A stretch of DNA of 64,000 bases from Blepharisma stoltei ATCC 30299 (Eukaryota; Protista; Ciliophora): the NCBI GenBank assembly GCA_965603825.1, contig CBFDEM010000033.1, forward strand, positions 310,001 through 374,000, written 5' to 3'. The translations under genes and the position numbers were made by a program. Of this stretch, positions 1 through 11,357 are shown piece after piece. The notes under the pieces were generated by a model. That model ran no database searches and was not told the origin of the DNA. It was given only the letters and a program-made list of their open reading frames with translations. Each line of letters opens with the position of its first letter. Positions within the stretch are counted from its first letter, which is position 1.

Positions 1-102
1 TTCAAAAATTCCAAAACTTCAACAGTATTAAATTTATTTAATCTCTTTATACTAGGTTTAGACATATAAGAATTTTCATTAAGATAGCTTCATGAAGTCA
101 GA

Positions 103-948
103 TTAAGTAAGAAATTGCTCCAAATATTGAGGATTCTCCGGGAGTTTGTATTTTTCCAATATTGTTTCTCTTAAGCCTTCAGACCTGAAAATTTTGAACC
201 AATCATTGCTATTCTGAAGAATGCCTATCAACTCAACATTTCCTACTTCAGTTAAATTACCCAAAAGTGTTTTTGACGCCTCTTCAATTAGTCTCTCTTT
301 CTCAATCCTCATAAATACCATATATTTTGACAACTCTTCGCTGCTTTCTACATTTGATACCAATAAAGGCAAACACTCAACACTAACTTCAGCTAAATCT
401 GATAGCATGCTCCTTATCTCATTTTGCTCCAAAACTCTATTCTCATTTTCATCATATAATAAATATAAAAATTTAATTTTTTTCTTCAACTCTGAATCAG
501 ATATCAAAATGAATGAGGCAATAATTTTTCTCATATCAAATAATGAATTTTCTTGGAAAGAAAATAGAAACAGTCACATTGGGTCATCAGGATCCTCAAG
601 TATTTTAGGATTTATTCCAAGCTCATAAAGAGCTCTTTTAAATTGCATCAAACTTAGTTTCTTGTTTATCCCTTCTTTTGAGATGTGCTTAAAAGCCTTT
701 GAAATTGATTTTTTTGCAAAAATGCAGTTTCTTTCACGATCTCTTATTTCTTTTTCTATTTTTGGTAGAGGAATCGTTGGATTACTTGTGAACAGTTCTT
801 TTAGGGAAAATGGTATGTCTGAAAAATCGAATTTTGATGTACGCTCTACTTGTGTAGAGGATATTGTATTTTGGGGTTCTGAAGAACAGATGGTTTTTTC
901 GGCTGAGAGCTGATTGAATGTTGGAATATCATAAGCACAAATACCCAT
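103..948 (-). CDS. N-myristoylated divergent EF-hand (calcineurin B/NCS-like) protein, 281 aa
   Basis: ORFs 574..948 and 103..534 join in frame through TGA(Trp) at 574-576. MGIC N-terminus; KIKFLYLLYDENENRVLEQNEIRSML resembles an EF-hand. Confidence 0.65.
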
Positions 949-999
949 ATTTATAGAAGCGATTAAGTAGATAAGAAATTAATGACAATTTTTATAGTT

Positions 1000-1676
1000 A
1001 TTAAAAATACACTCTCTATGCCTCCTGAGATTAAAATTCTTAATGCTTCGCGATTGCTGCAGAATAAGGATTCAAACTCATTAATTCCTAAGTCTTCATT
1101 TGTGCCTAATAAAATCTTATAAGTGTCTCAACATATGATTTTTCTGCTTTTGACAGCAATTAGCTATAGTCAAAATAATCTCTTGAGCTAAATTTATTAG
1201 GTTGGTCTACACCTAAAGATAATATTGGTATTTGGTTAACACTGACATCAAATATATCTGAAATCATTTTTTTCAAATCAGTAAACTTTAAAATGCGAGT
1301 ATTGTTATCTTTATATTGATCAAATAAAACATTTATTTTTTGCCTAGTTCATTGGATGATAGAGAACAGCAGTACAATCCCTTAGCCAAATCCAGTAATT
1401 CTTCAACCATAAAAGAGACAAAAAAACGAAGTAAAGGATTATCTTGCTCTTCAATTGCAGAAAGCTTTAAATCAAGCTCATACAATTCTCGCTTTAGTTG
1501 AGGTATGCAAAGTTGCTTTTTAAATCCCTCCTTTTTGAAGCTTTCAAATACTTTTGATAGTGACTTTTTGTAAAAATAAATCCTTTCAAGTTCTTTTTTA
1601 CAACCCTTTCTTGAGTGGGCAAAGGATTTTAGATTGAAGAAGTGGGAAAACATTAAAGCTTGAGCAGTAATCCCAT
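1000..1676 (-). pseudogene. Frameshifted tandem paralog of the 103..948 EF-hand-like gene
   Basis: Homology to the neighbour is spread over several frames: YKKSLSKVFESFKKEG..LKRELYELDL; KINVLFDQYKDNNTRILKFTDLKKMISDIFDVSV; YKILLGTNEDLG. Segments are separated by TAA/TAG stops and frameshifts. Ends approximate. Confidence 0.7.
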
Positions 1677-1814
1677 ATTATCTTATCTTGTACGGTGCAT
1701 TTTAATTTATCAGTTAAATTTATTATCTTTGAAATCCAGCTTTTTTCTGGACAAATTATTAATTTTCAATTCATCCATGATATCTCAAATAATCTATTTC
1801 ATTGCATTTCCGAT

Positions 1815-2537
1815 ATGCTCTCAACCTTTCGCATTTTAAGAAGACTGTCAACAGTAGATCCCTCAGAAAAACTCATTTTTGCTTCATATAAGTGGTGAAG
1901 CTCAAACGATGCTTTGCATCCGTACACTGATGTCAGAATCAATTTTATCAAAAATTGCTTAGGGCTTTCAGGGCCAAAACCTTTCGCAAACATGAAAATT
2001 CTTGATGTCGGCTGTGGTGGTGGATTAATTACAGAAAGACTTGCAAGATTAGGCGGAACTGTAGTTGGAATTGACCCGACTCCAGAAGCTATTGATGTTG
2101 CTCAGGACCATTTGCCTACACATCTAAAGGACAAAGTTCAATACAGAAACTGCGAAGTTGTTGATGTCGAGGGCACCTATGACCTAGTTATCGCTTCAGA
2201 AGTTCTTGAGCACGTAAATTCTCCTGATGTGTTTGTAAAGCAAGTAGCAGATAAAGCAATTCCTGGTGGATCTGTGATCCTCACAACTGTTAATAGAACT
2301 ATTGAATCATACCTTTTGGCTATTTATGCAGCTGAAAATGTATTAGGGATTGTAGAGCCTGGAACCCATAGCTGGGATAAATTCATCACTATTGAAGAAT
2401 TCAAGGAACTTTGCAGAAACGCTAATCTAGATCCTCAAGAACTCAAAGGCTGGTTTCTTGATTATTTGAGATTCAAAGCTTTCGAAGTTGACTATGAAAG
2501 ATTAGGATATATGTGTCGTTGCATTAAATTAAGCTAA
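1815..2537 (+). CDS. COQ3: Ubiquinone biosynthesis O-methyltransferase, mitochondrial
   Basis: MLSTFRILRRLST targeting-like N-terminus; conserved WW is encoded TGG-TGA (TGA 1896-1898); ILDVGCGGG SAM motif; SEVLEHV. Confidence 0.9.
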
Positions 2538-2572
2538 GATTCTTATAAACCTATATTTACTATATTGATCCT

Positions 2573-3163
2573 TTATTTATTCTTTTTCTTTTTCTTCGGA
2601 GTACTCGGAGGTTCATTCAGTTTTGTGATTGCGAAATAGAAAAATAATCCGAACACCCCTATAATTACAACAGCATACCATAGTCCAAATTGAAGAAAAG
2701 GAACTCCCTCATAGGCTTTATTATCTTCTGATCATTCTGATTCTTCATATGGTTCTGCCACAAATTGATGAGCACTATCCTGAAAAGCTTGAATTTCATC
2801 AAATAATTCTATTTGCTCCTGTGTGAAAGTAATAACAGTATTGCCATCAAATTGTGTCCTATCCCAGTCAATAAGAGAGCTATGCTCTCGCAGAAACATA
2901 GCATTTTCCTTCATAGATAGAAGCTCGACTGCTGCTTGAGAAGAAATTTTGTTCATGCAATTTATCATCATATCTGCGACGATTTTGTTTTGGGCTCTCT
3001 CTCGATTCTGGGGTGGTAGATTTTTGGCGATGCTTTTAAATTCTAATTCGGTGTCTATAATTGCTATCTGCACTAAAGAAATGCAGGCTCCTAATTTTGA
3101 CTTTCTTCCTGATATTGAATCTACTGAATATGCAAGGGCTAGAATTGATAGGAAAAATAGCAT
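2573..3163 (-). CDS. Type I membrane protein with signal peptide, C-terminal TM and di-lysine (KKxx) ER-retrieval tail
   Basis: Reads through TGA at 2732-2734 into FGLWYAVVIIGVFGLFFYFAI (TM) and ends KKKKKNK-TAA at 2573. Confidence 0.7.
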
Positions 3164-3428
3164 TTTTCAATTAATAATTCTTCACTATGGAAATTGTTGC
3201 CTTTGTAGTAAAATATACATTTAAGTTCAACAAAATTTAGCGATTTAATCCAATTGATATTGGAATTTTAAACATAAAGAAAGCTGCAAGAGAAATCTAG
3301 ATTTATTATTTCTGCCAGCCGAGATAGATAATTTGATTATAAACAAAGAAATATAGCTTTAATATCAATAAATTCATGTTTCATAACTTTTTCCAAAATT
3401 TTAAAACTTATATTATTTGAATAGCAAA

Positions 3429-4313
3429 TTAAGTGTCTGGATCGTCAAAAGATGGAGAAAAATCTTCATCATCCGGAGCAACTGGATTGACTCTTCCACT
3501 GAGTATTGATTCTTGATAGTCTTGCAGGAAAAAATTAGGTTTTACCTCTAAAAGAAGCACATTTCTACTCAGTTGAGTAGCTTCTTCTTCAACATCTGAG
3601 GAGTTCGAGTCGTTTCTTGATAACCTTTGCTTAAAATTTGGAGAAAATAAGTTTAATGTCTCCTGATGTTGAGCTTTCTCTTCAGTCTTTATACCGTGGA
3701 AAATTTTTGATCTTTTACCTAAAATCTTCTTTTTGTTCTCATTAATTGACTTATGTACATACATTCTGTATTTTTCTAATTTTACATCATGAAATTCATT
3801 AATAAGAGACTGCATCATAGCGTTGTAATTATTTCTTTCTTCATTGAGCTTTATTCTTTCGTGTCTTAAGCTCAATTTTTCGTCAAGTAGCTTAGCTTCT
3901 CTTTCCCTTATAACGTCTTTCATCCTATTAATTTCGTTTTTATCTATTTCCAGTGACTTATATTTTTTATTGATTTTCTCAAGTATTTTCAAGATCGCTT
4001 CTTTTTGAGAATCTAGCCTTGATGTCTCCTCTTCCAGTCTTATTTTAATTTCATCCAAATCGTTAAATAGAACAGATTTCTCAGGCTTTTTTTCACTCCG
4101 GATAAATTCACAATCTTGTGTGCGAAATTTTTTGATACTAGGACTTTCTTCTGTTTTTAGATTTCGTTTTCGAATGGTCTCCTCTATGGTTTCTAAAGAA
4201 TTAGACGTAGAATGAGTTGAAATTACTGTAGCAATCGAGTTTTGGTGCTTGGAAGTTCTATGAGCTGGTTTTCTGCTGTAAATATCTGATTCGTGCTGTT
4301 GTGAAATATTCAT
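3429..4313 (-). CDS. Hypothetical coiled-coil protein
   Basis: Long ORF from ATG 4313 (MNISQQ); E/K-rich heptad segment. Confidence 0.65.
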   Translation of the reverse strand: MNISQQHESDIYSRKPAHRTSKHQNSIATVISTHSTSNSLETIEETIRKRNLKTEESPSIKKFRTQDCEFIRSEKKPEKSVLFNDLDEIKIRLEEETSRLDSQKEAILKILEKINKKYKSLEIDKNEINRMKDVIREREAKLLDEKLSLRHERIKLNEERNNYNAMMQSLINEFHDVKLEKYRMYVHKSINENKKKILGKRSKIFHGIKTEEKAQHQETLNLFSPNFKQRLSRNDSNSSDVEEEATQLSRNVLLLEVKPNFFLQDYQESILSGRVNPVAPDDEDFSPSFDDPDT

Positions 4314-4374
4314 AATATGATATATAATTTTAGATAAAGTAATCTGCTGGCTTAGGTTAATATAGATATTGAAT

Positions 4375-4944
4375 ATGAAAGGAAGCAATTTAAACAGTTC
4401 AGAAACCCAAAGAGTAAATGCAGCTTCTTTATATAAAGAATGCTTGTTGCAGCATAAAGAATTTATTGAGAAAAATAAATTTGCTCGAGAGTTAGAGCTA
4501 AAATATCATAGAACAATCCATAAGAGTTTAAAACCTCACAAATTAAATGAAGAATCTAAAGAAGTGAAGTTTCACCACTGGCCGGTTGAGAGTGAGCAGT
4601 TTACAAATGCATTGAGAATCAAGTTAGAAAATTCATTGCTACCAAAATTAAGCGTTCCATATTCACATAAGAATAAAAATGACTTATCAATTGTAAAATT
4701 AAGAAAGTCTCTAAAGCTTACGAGGGAGAAATTAAGAAGTAATCAAGAGTCAAACACAAGTGAAGATGATGCTCACTTTAGGCTAAACTCAAGCATTGAT
4801 AAGCTACCTAAAATAAAAATCCCAAACTCTCACTCAAAATCTCCTAGAATTGATAGTAAAGTTAGAAAATTGCTAAGTGCAGATTTAGATGGAGATTACC
4901 CAGTCAAACCTCTTTGTCAAAGCATCTGCCTATCAATTCATTAA
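4375..4944 (+). CDS. Hypothetical basic protein
   Basis: 189-aa ORF from the first ATG; divergent from 4313 with a 61-bp spacer. Confidence 0.55.
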   Translation: MKGSNLNSSETQRVNAASLYKECLLQHKEFIEKNKFARELELKYHRTIHKSLKPHKLNEESKEVKFHHWPVESEQFTNALRIKLENSLLPKLSVPYSHKNKNDLSIVKLRKSLKLTREKLRSNQESNTSEDDAHFRLNSSIDKLPKIKIPNSHSKSPRIDSKVRKLLSADLDGDYPVKPLCQSICLSIH

Positions 4945-5042
4945 GGTATTGAATTTTATCATTTTTGCTAATAAAATCTTCCATTTTTATAAGAATGATC
5001 TAACTAATAATTACTGTTGATGTCTTCAGTTATAAAACCAAA

Positions 5043-6265
5043 ATGGACAATTGGACTATTGAGCCATCAGATAACACCAAAAATTCATCAAACGCTATTT
5101 TTACTATATTCAATAAGATCGCTCCTCCTTCTCAAATCAATAAGACAGCCTATTCCTTAGTTGCAGGAGACCCATCAAAATGCTCAGACTTTCAAGTAAA
5201 TCCTGCATTCGTCGAAGCAGTTAACAACTCGCTAAAGTCTGGAACAGGTAATAGCTATTCTCATCAACTTGGCCCAAAAGAAGCTAGAGAATTCTTGGCC
5301 AAAAAATACAGCTACCCTAATATTAAACTGTCCGCTGATGACATAGTTTTCGATTTTGGAGGGTCAGGCGCCATTTTTACACTCATCCAAACTATGCTAA
5401 ATCCAGGCGATAACATGCTAGTTCCTTCACCTGGATTCCCTCTTTACGAACTTATGTGCAGAAATAGGGGATGCACTGCAAAATACTATAAATTAAAACC
5501 TTACGAAAATTGGGAAATAGATTTCAACGAATTAGACGCAGCTGTAGATGAGCGAACTAAACTCCTTATAATTATAAATCCTTCAAATCCATGTGGAAGT
5601 GTGTTTTCAAGAGAGCAATTGCTACAAATTTTAGATTGGGCGAAAAATCATCAACTCTGTATTTTAGCCGATGAAGTGTATGAGGGGCTGACATTTGAGA
5701 AGCCTTTTATTCCTCTAGGCTCTTTAACTGATGAAGTTCCAGTATTTTCAATAGGGACAATGAGTAAGTTGTGCCTTGTTCCTGGCTGAAGATGTGGCTG
5801 GATTAAAATTTACGATAAATATAACCGTTGCAGGTAATTAAGACAGGCAATTTCAGACTTCAAAAGCTTAGTAGCTCATGTTCCTCTTTTTATGGCTAAT
5901 GCAGTTCCACAAATTCTTTCAAGTATGCCAGAACAATATTCAGAAGATATTGCTCAAAAGCTAAAAATTAGAGCGGATATTGTTCCTCAGAAACTGTCAA
6001 ATCTAAATGAGCTCTATATCACTCCTACTGAAGGCTTAATTTATTCTATGATTCTTATTGATCCTAATGCATTTCAAGACATCCCAACCTCTTCAGTTTT
6101 TGTTGATAAACTGGCTGCAGAAGAATCTGTAAGTGTCATGCCAGCAGAAGTATATTTAAGTACAAACGGATTTCGTATAGTCCTTTGCAACTCAATAATG
6201 TGATAGAAGAAGCTATGGATAGAATCAGAGATTTTGCAAGTAGGCATAAAATTGCCAAGATATAA
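5043..6265 (+). pseudogene. TAT: Tyrosine aminotransferase-like (class I PLP), disrupted
   Basis: INPSNPCGSVFS, LADEVY, SKLCLVPG-W(TGA 5787)-RCGW. In-frame TAA at 5835-5837 with no 15/16-nt intron that could remove it. The C-terminal VIEEAMDRIRDFASRH lies in a shifted frame after about 6195. Confidence 0.75.
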
Positions 6266-6430
6266 AAATAATTATTAAAAAATAGGTTAAATAATTATTT
6301 CTTTATTAAATTTAAGAGATTATTGAAAAAGTGCCTTTCGCTATTTACAAATAAGGTCTTGGAATTATGAGTAAAAAGTAGATTTCCTTAAATTGCGAAA
6401 TCATCTAATTCTCTTTATATATCTATAAAT

Positions 6431-7739
6431 ATGAACCCAGACATTCTTAGAGAAAGAATTGAAAACGGAGTGGATAACGGAGTGATTCCAGCGTTGATGG
6501 ATTTTATTAGGGTTCCAAACCTTTCACCAGCTTTTGACAGAGATTGGGAAACAAATGGGCTCATGCTAAGAGCAATAGATGTCGTTCTAAACTATGTCAA
6601 ATCACTTAATATTCAAGGATTCAACTACGAAATTCTTAAAGAACCTGGCAAGCCTTGGCTATTTGTTGGAGAATTCCCAGCTACAGCCCCTAACTTAGGC
6701 ACAGTACTAATGTACGGGCATTTTGATAAACAGCCTCATATTCCAGGCTGGATTGAAGGAACAGACAATACTCATCCTGCAATAATAAATGGACGTCTCT
6801 ACGGAAGAGGCGGTGTTGATGATGGCTACTCATTCCCCAGTGCAGGTCTTATTATAAAAACTTTAGACGAGCTTGGAATCCCAAGAGGAAGAATTATTTT
6901 TATAGGCGAAACCGAAGAAGAAAGTGGAAGCTATAACTTAATGGAATATATTTCCAAAGTGAAGGATAAAATAGGCAATCCAGATGTTATTATTTGTTTA
7001 GATGCAGGAATCCCGACTTATGATCGCTTTTGGCTAACTGGAAGTTTAAGAGGGTTAGTTACTTTAGATGTGACAGTAAAAGTATTGACGGTAGGTCAGC
7101 ATTCTGGAGATGTATGAAAATGCTGCAAGGTGTGCAGTTGCAGTTGGGAAAGACTTAACTGGGAAAATTAATTGGGAAAAAGGCATGAAGCCAGTTACGT
7201 CTGATCCTGTCCAGATTATTTTGAATAGAACATATAGACCAACATTATCAATTTTAGGATGCCAAGGAATACCTTCTTTGGAAAATGCTGGAAGTTTATT
7301 GAGGCCAAGCACATCTTTAAGATTATCTGTTAGACTTCCTCCTACAGTAGATTGCAACTTAGCTGCTGAAAAATTAGTCGAAGCATTAACTAGAGATCCA
7401 CCATATGGAGCTCATATTGAAATAAAGCACCCTATCGATAAAGGAAGTGGATGGAAACAAAATAACTTAGAATCATGGCTAAAACAGGCTTTAGACTCTG
7501 CTGGACAAAATTTCTTCGGCACCGACTGCCTCTTTTACAACCGAGGAGGAAGCATTCCATTTTTAAATTTGCTTGGCGCTGAATTCCCATCCGCTCAATT
7601 CATGGTTGCAGGCCCTGCAAGCACAGATAGCAACACTCATTCCGCGAATGAAAATTTCAGAATAGACTATATGAAGAAAATATTATGCTGTGTTAGCGAA
7701 GTATTATATCATCATGGAAGGCAAATCAAAACCACTTAA
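6431..7739 (+). pseudogene. M20 metallopeptidase (Dug1/CNDP2/ArgE-like) with internal deletion and frameshift
   Basis: MYGHFDKQP, LYGRGGVDDG, TEEESGS, HSG, GGSIPF and NTHSANE motifs. The two halves are in different frames and join at 7112-7115; the segment normally following HSG is missing. Confidence 0.75.
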
Positions 7740-7752
7740 TTAGTCTTTCATA

Positions 7753-8589
7753 TTAATTTTTAGCATCATTGTTGTTTTCTTTTGAATCTTGGCTCTTAAT
7801 TCCTTCAACAAGAGACTTAATATATGTAGGGACCAGCTTGATGCTCATTTTCTTAAGCATGCCTTTTGGAATACTCCCTCCAAATGATGCTTGGCTGACA
7901 TTGGTGACTTCGCATATATTTCCATCAGTATCTTTCTCTATAGGCTTTATATAGTATCCTCCTAGAAATAGTTGAGCCCTAACGATATCTTTCTTCTCAG
8001 GAAAAACTGGAGAATCTATTGAAGTCGAAATCTCTATCATTGTGTTTTCTACTTGTGTGATTTTGCTAATCAAAAGTAAGTCCCTAGGTGCTGCAGCTAA
8101 AACCTTTTTGTATAATTGATAATATACGGAGATGTCAGGAGTGATTGCACATATTTGCTTTATATCGGCTATGTTTTTGTCCCATTGCTTCCTATTGTCA
8201 ATGCATCTTAAAAAATTGACAATTCGCTCAGGGGTAAAAGGTGCTTTCCATCGAGAGATGATCATAAAACCTTCATTTGTGTCACATGAAAAGATTTCTA
8301 AGCCTTCCTGGTTGTGTTCTAGGATATATTTTTCTTCTTCAAAGTTAGTCTTAATAATGCTCAAAAACTTTTCCTGGCAGTCGTCAATTAACCTAATTGC
8401 GGAATCTCTTGAAAACGGACCGTCATCTTTTGGTTCTTCTTTTTCAATTGTGTCAGAGGTAAGTCTACTGTCAGAAATGTCATTTTCCATAGGTGCAAAT
8501 GCTATAGGAGAAGCCATATCACTTGATTGGCCCTGAAGTCGCTGCTGCTTTTCAAAACAACTGAAGCACCCAGTTTCTCTGTTTCCCAT
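7753..8589 (-). CDS. START (lipid-binding) domain protein with likely N-terminal acylation
   Basis: RKQWDKN, APRDLL, IVRA and FGGSIP START-like motifs; MGNRETGCFSC N-terminus. Confidence 0.8.
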   Translation of the reverse strand: MGNRETGCFSCFEKQQRLQGQSSDMASPIAFAPMENDISDSRLTSDTIEKEEPKDDGPFSRDSAIRLIDDCQEKFLSIIKTNFEEEKYILEHNQEGLEIFSCDTNEGFMIISRWKAPFTPERIVNFLRCIDNRKQWDKNIADIKQICAITPDISVYYQLYKKVLAAAPRDLLLISKITQVENTMIEISTSIDSPVFPEKKDIVRAQLFLGGYYIKPIEKDTDGNICEVTNVSQASFGGSIPKGMLKKMSIKLVPTYIKSLVEGIKSQDSKENNNDAKN

Positions 8590-9362
8590 TTTTTATATTC
8601 AAACAACGGATAGCATTTTAACAAGTTTTGAATTCAGCATGGTCATAGTTTGATTGTATTAATTGAAAGATTTAAAAAGGAAATTTAATAAAGTTATTTT
8701 TTGGATAAATTGATTCAAATTGATGATTTTAAAGTATTTTGAACTATTTTAAGCTAATTAGATCTGTGATAATTTTTCTAGCCTATTAATTAAATTAAAT
8801 TGTATAAGATAGGTAATCTAAATAGGGTTTTAGATTGAGTAAAGCAGGATATTTTATATTTAGGCCATGAAGTTGAGTTTCTGTGCTTCAAGTCACAACT
8901 CCTAAGTGATTCATAAAGCTGATTCTTTGGTCTCTTGATTCCATTTCTGTGGTTTTTGTGTCCTTGAATGTGACTCTAACGCACCTAATTCTTTGCCATT
9001 TACTATATATTTTTAGCTTAGAATACAAAATCATGAATAATGTTAAAATATCAAATGCATTTAAAGCTCCGCATAATTCTATCAATTATCTCCTTATATT
9101 AATCTATCCTAAAACATAATTATAACTAATTTTAAGAAAGTCTTAGATGGCTAGCGAAATAAACAATAAACAATATTCTAAATAGCCAAATTACTAGCTT
9201 GCTATAGCCTTTAAGCTGATCAAATAGTACAATATTGTATATTTTAAAAAACCAATGCTAAATCTTTAATTAAGCAGATTTTTTAGTATATTAATTTTAA
9301 GGATATCACTCTGTCATAATAATTTTGATGTATTTTTAAATCGAGAATTTATAAATAAACCA

Positions 9363-10070
9363 ATGGAAGAAGAGGTGAATTACAAATCACTGTATGAAGA
9401 AAAATATGAAGAGCTAGAATCTTTCAAAAAAGACTTCGAAGAATACCAAGGTGTTTTATAAATAGAAAGCAATAAACGCTTTGAATTAGAAGTCGAAGAA
9501 GAATTAGAGCAGCTGATGGTATCTAAGCTTGAACTCGAAAGAGAAAAGAAAACTTTGCAAGAAAAGCTTGAAAAATCGAAAGCATCTTTAATGAAAAAAT
9601 CCAAAGAGCTTGAATTTCTATCACAACGGCTTAAAACAACATCCTCTTCTTCATCTGGAGAAATTGAAGCTCTCAAGCAGAGACTAAAAGAAGTGGAAAC
9701 AGAAAATGAGGCCTTAAAAACTCGAGTCAGAGAAAAAGACCAAAATATTGGTGACTTAACAAAATTTTATCACAAAACACTAGAAGAATTGGCATTAGCT
9801 GGATCAGAGCTTGAGCGTTTTAGAAGCAGAAAAGATGAAGAATCACAGCGACTAAAAGACCATGTTAACGAGCTTACCCAAGAGCTACAAATTATTAAAA
9901 GACCTAGTCCTCAAATTCCAGAGCTGGAGCAGCCTCCTCCAGAAAAAGATTTCAAAATAAAATTTGACATAAATACCCAGAACAAAGATCCACTTGATAT
10001 GATAGATTCGCTAATTTCAACAATTGCAAACAGCTTAGATGAATATAAGTCTTCATATAAGCTGAAGTAA
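9363..10070 (+). CDS. NudE/NDE1-like dynein regulator (coiled coil), 230 aa; intron 9451-9465
   Basis: After splicing: FEEYQESNKRFELEVEEEL (cf. NDE1 EFQEGSRELEAELEAQL) and QRLKDHVNELTQEL (cf. QRLKDEARDLRQEL). Confidence 0.7.
9451..9465 (+). other. 15-nt spliceosomal intron GTGTTTTATAAATAG
   Basis: GT..AG, A at position 10; removes an in-frame TAA. Confidence 0.85.
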
Positions 10071-10113
10071 TGTGCTTAATTTTATTAACATAATAAACCC
10101 ATTATAAAGGTGG

Positions 10114-10716
10114 ATGTTCACTAGACTCGTTCTTCTAAATACCCTTAAAAAAGAGCTCAACTATGAGATCAGCCTTGACAATCCAATCCCTTTTCTAGAG
10201 TGGTGGCTTAAGCGCTCATCATTTGCATTACAAGTGAACCAAAATTCCCCGAAAATGAGCTTATTGAAGTTTACGCCACCTTATAAAATAGATATAGAGT
10301 TCTTCTCAAGGCGGCCAATAGGAAAGGGAGAGAAAAAGGATGAGCTTGAGATGGATGACGGCGAAATTGAAGAGAAGCCTAAAATAATGGATTCTTCAGA
10401 ACTTTTTATTAATATTCACAAAGATGGAATGCCGCATTTCACTGCTGAATGCATATCAATTAACTCACAAATTACGATACATCATTTGGCGTTTTTACAA
10501 TCAAGATTAAGAGACCCATCAAAATTTTTATATGACGATACTCCGAAGGTCGATTTCAATTTCTTAAGCCTCCCACTACAAAATGATATAAAGAATTGGC
10601 TACTTAGAATTGGGATTGATGAAGATATTGGAAAATTCATAGAAATAATGGCATTAGTAAGAGAAAGAGATCTTTATAAAAGCTGGATACACAAATATAT
10701 GAAGTTTATAGAATAA
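10114..10716 (+). CDS. MAM33/C1QBP-like mitochondrial glycoprotein family protein
   Basis: LKKELNYE N-terminus; C-terminal PKVDFNFLSLPLQNDIKNWLLRIGIDEDIGKFI..RERDLYKSWIHKYMKFIE pattern. Confidence 0.7.
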   Translation: MFTRLVLLNTLKKELNYEISLDNPIPFLEWWLKRSSFALQVNQNSPKMSLLKFTPPYKIDIEFFSRRPIGKGEKKDELEMDDGEIEEKPKIMDSSELFINIHKDGMPHFTAECISINSQITIHHLAFLQSRLRDPSKFLYDDTPKVDFNFLSLPLQNDIKNWLLRIGIDEDIGKFIEIMALVRERDLYKSWIHKYMKFIE

Positions 10717-10963
10717 CCACTAATGAAATTGGCTGTATACATATTTTCTATTGCCTAATAAAATATATATGACAGTTTTATTTTTTTATTAATTTTCTAA
10801 GGTTTCCTTTCCTCCAAGCATTGAAGCTGCTTTTCAACAATTTCTCATTTAAATTTTTAATACTTTCCATAATTATTTTCCAGTTTTTTATTTTTTTCGT
10901 TCAAGTTGGCACATTTTTTGAATATTATTAGAACTTTATATATTTATTTTATACATTACTATA

Positions 10964-11251
10964 ATGATATTCAAATGTTGTAGCCAGCGATCAAAAAGCA
11001 GTCAAAAACTTATGAGCAGAGAGAGTTTAGACAACACAGGCCCGAAGCTGAAAACAATTGCACGAAAAAACTCAGAAAACCAAAGTGAAACCCAGAACAA
11101 AAGCGGAGTTAAAATATCATTTGTAAACGATAGTAAATCCTCGGGAATAAACCAAAATGAAAAAAGACCCAGAACACCTGCAATAATAGGCCAGAACCCC
11201 GATCAATTTCTGAAAGATTACGTATTTCCAAGATCTGCAACATTAAAATAA
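10964..11251 (+). CDS. Small hypothetical protein with N-terminal CC (possible palmitoylation)
   Basis: 95-aa ORF with ATG in an AT-rich context, coding-like composition, TAA stop. Confidence 0.5.
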   Translation: MIFKCCSQRSKSSQKLMSRESLDNTGPKLKTIARKNSENQSETQNKSGVKISFVNDSKSSGINQNEKRPRTPAIIGQNPDQFLKDYVFPRSATLK

Positions 11252-11357
11252 TTTGAAAGTGGAGTGGTTTTAGAGAGTCACTAACTAACTTATTAGCCAT
11301 TTTAATTTGGATTCTAATATATGAAGGTCTGTCCATCTTGATTGGATAATAAAAGAA

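Noticed and set aside
5834-5846. 13-nt GTAATTAAGACAG as an intron removing the TAT stop
   Set aside because: Splicing it shifts the frame into a TAG within a few codons; homology continues in the unspliced frame.
7091-7152. Frame-restoring introns in the M20 gene (19 nt 7091-7109; 16 nt 7137-7152)
   Set aside because: They lack the A10 and the AT-rich consensus; the first deletes the HSG motif; neither restores the missing residues.
8790-9085. Slightly GC-richer patch with a short minus-strand ORF in the long 8590-9362 spacer
   Set aside because: No convincing start, motif or RNA structure; possibly a gene relic but not supportable.
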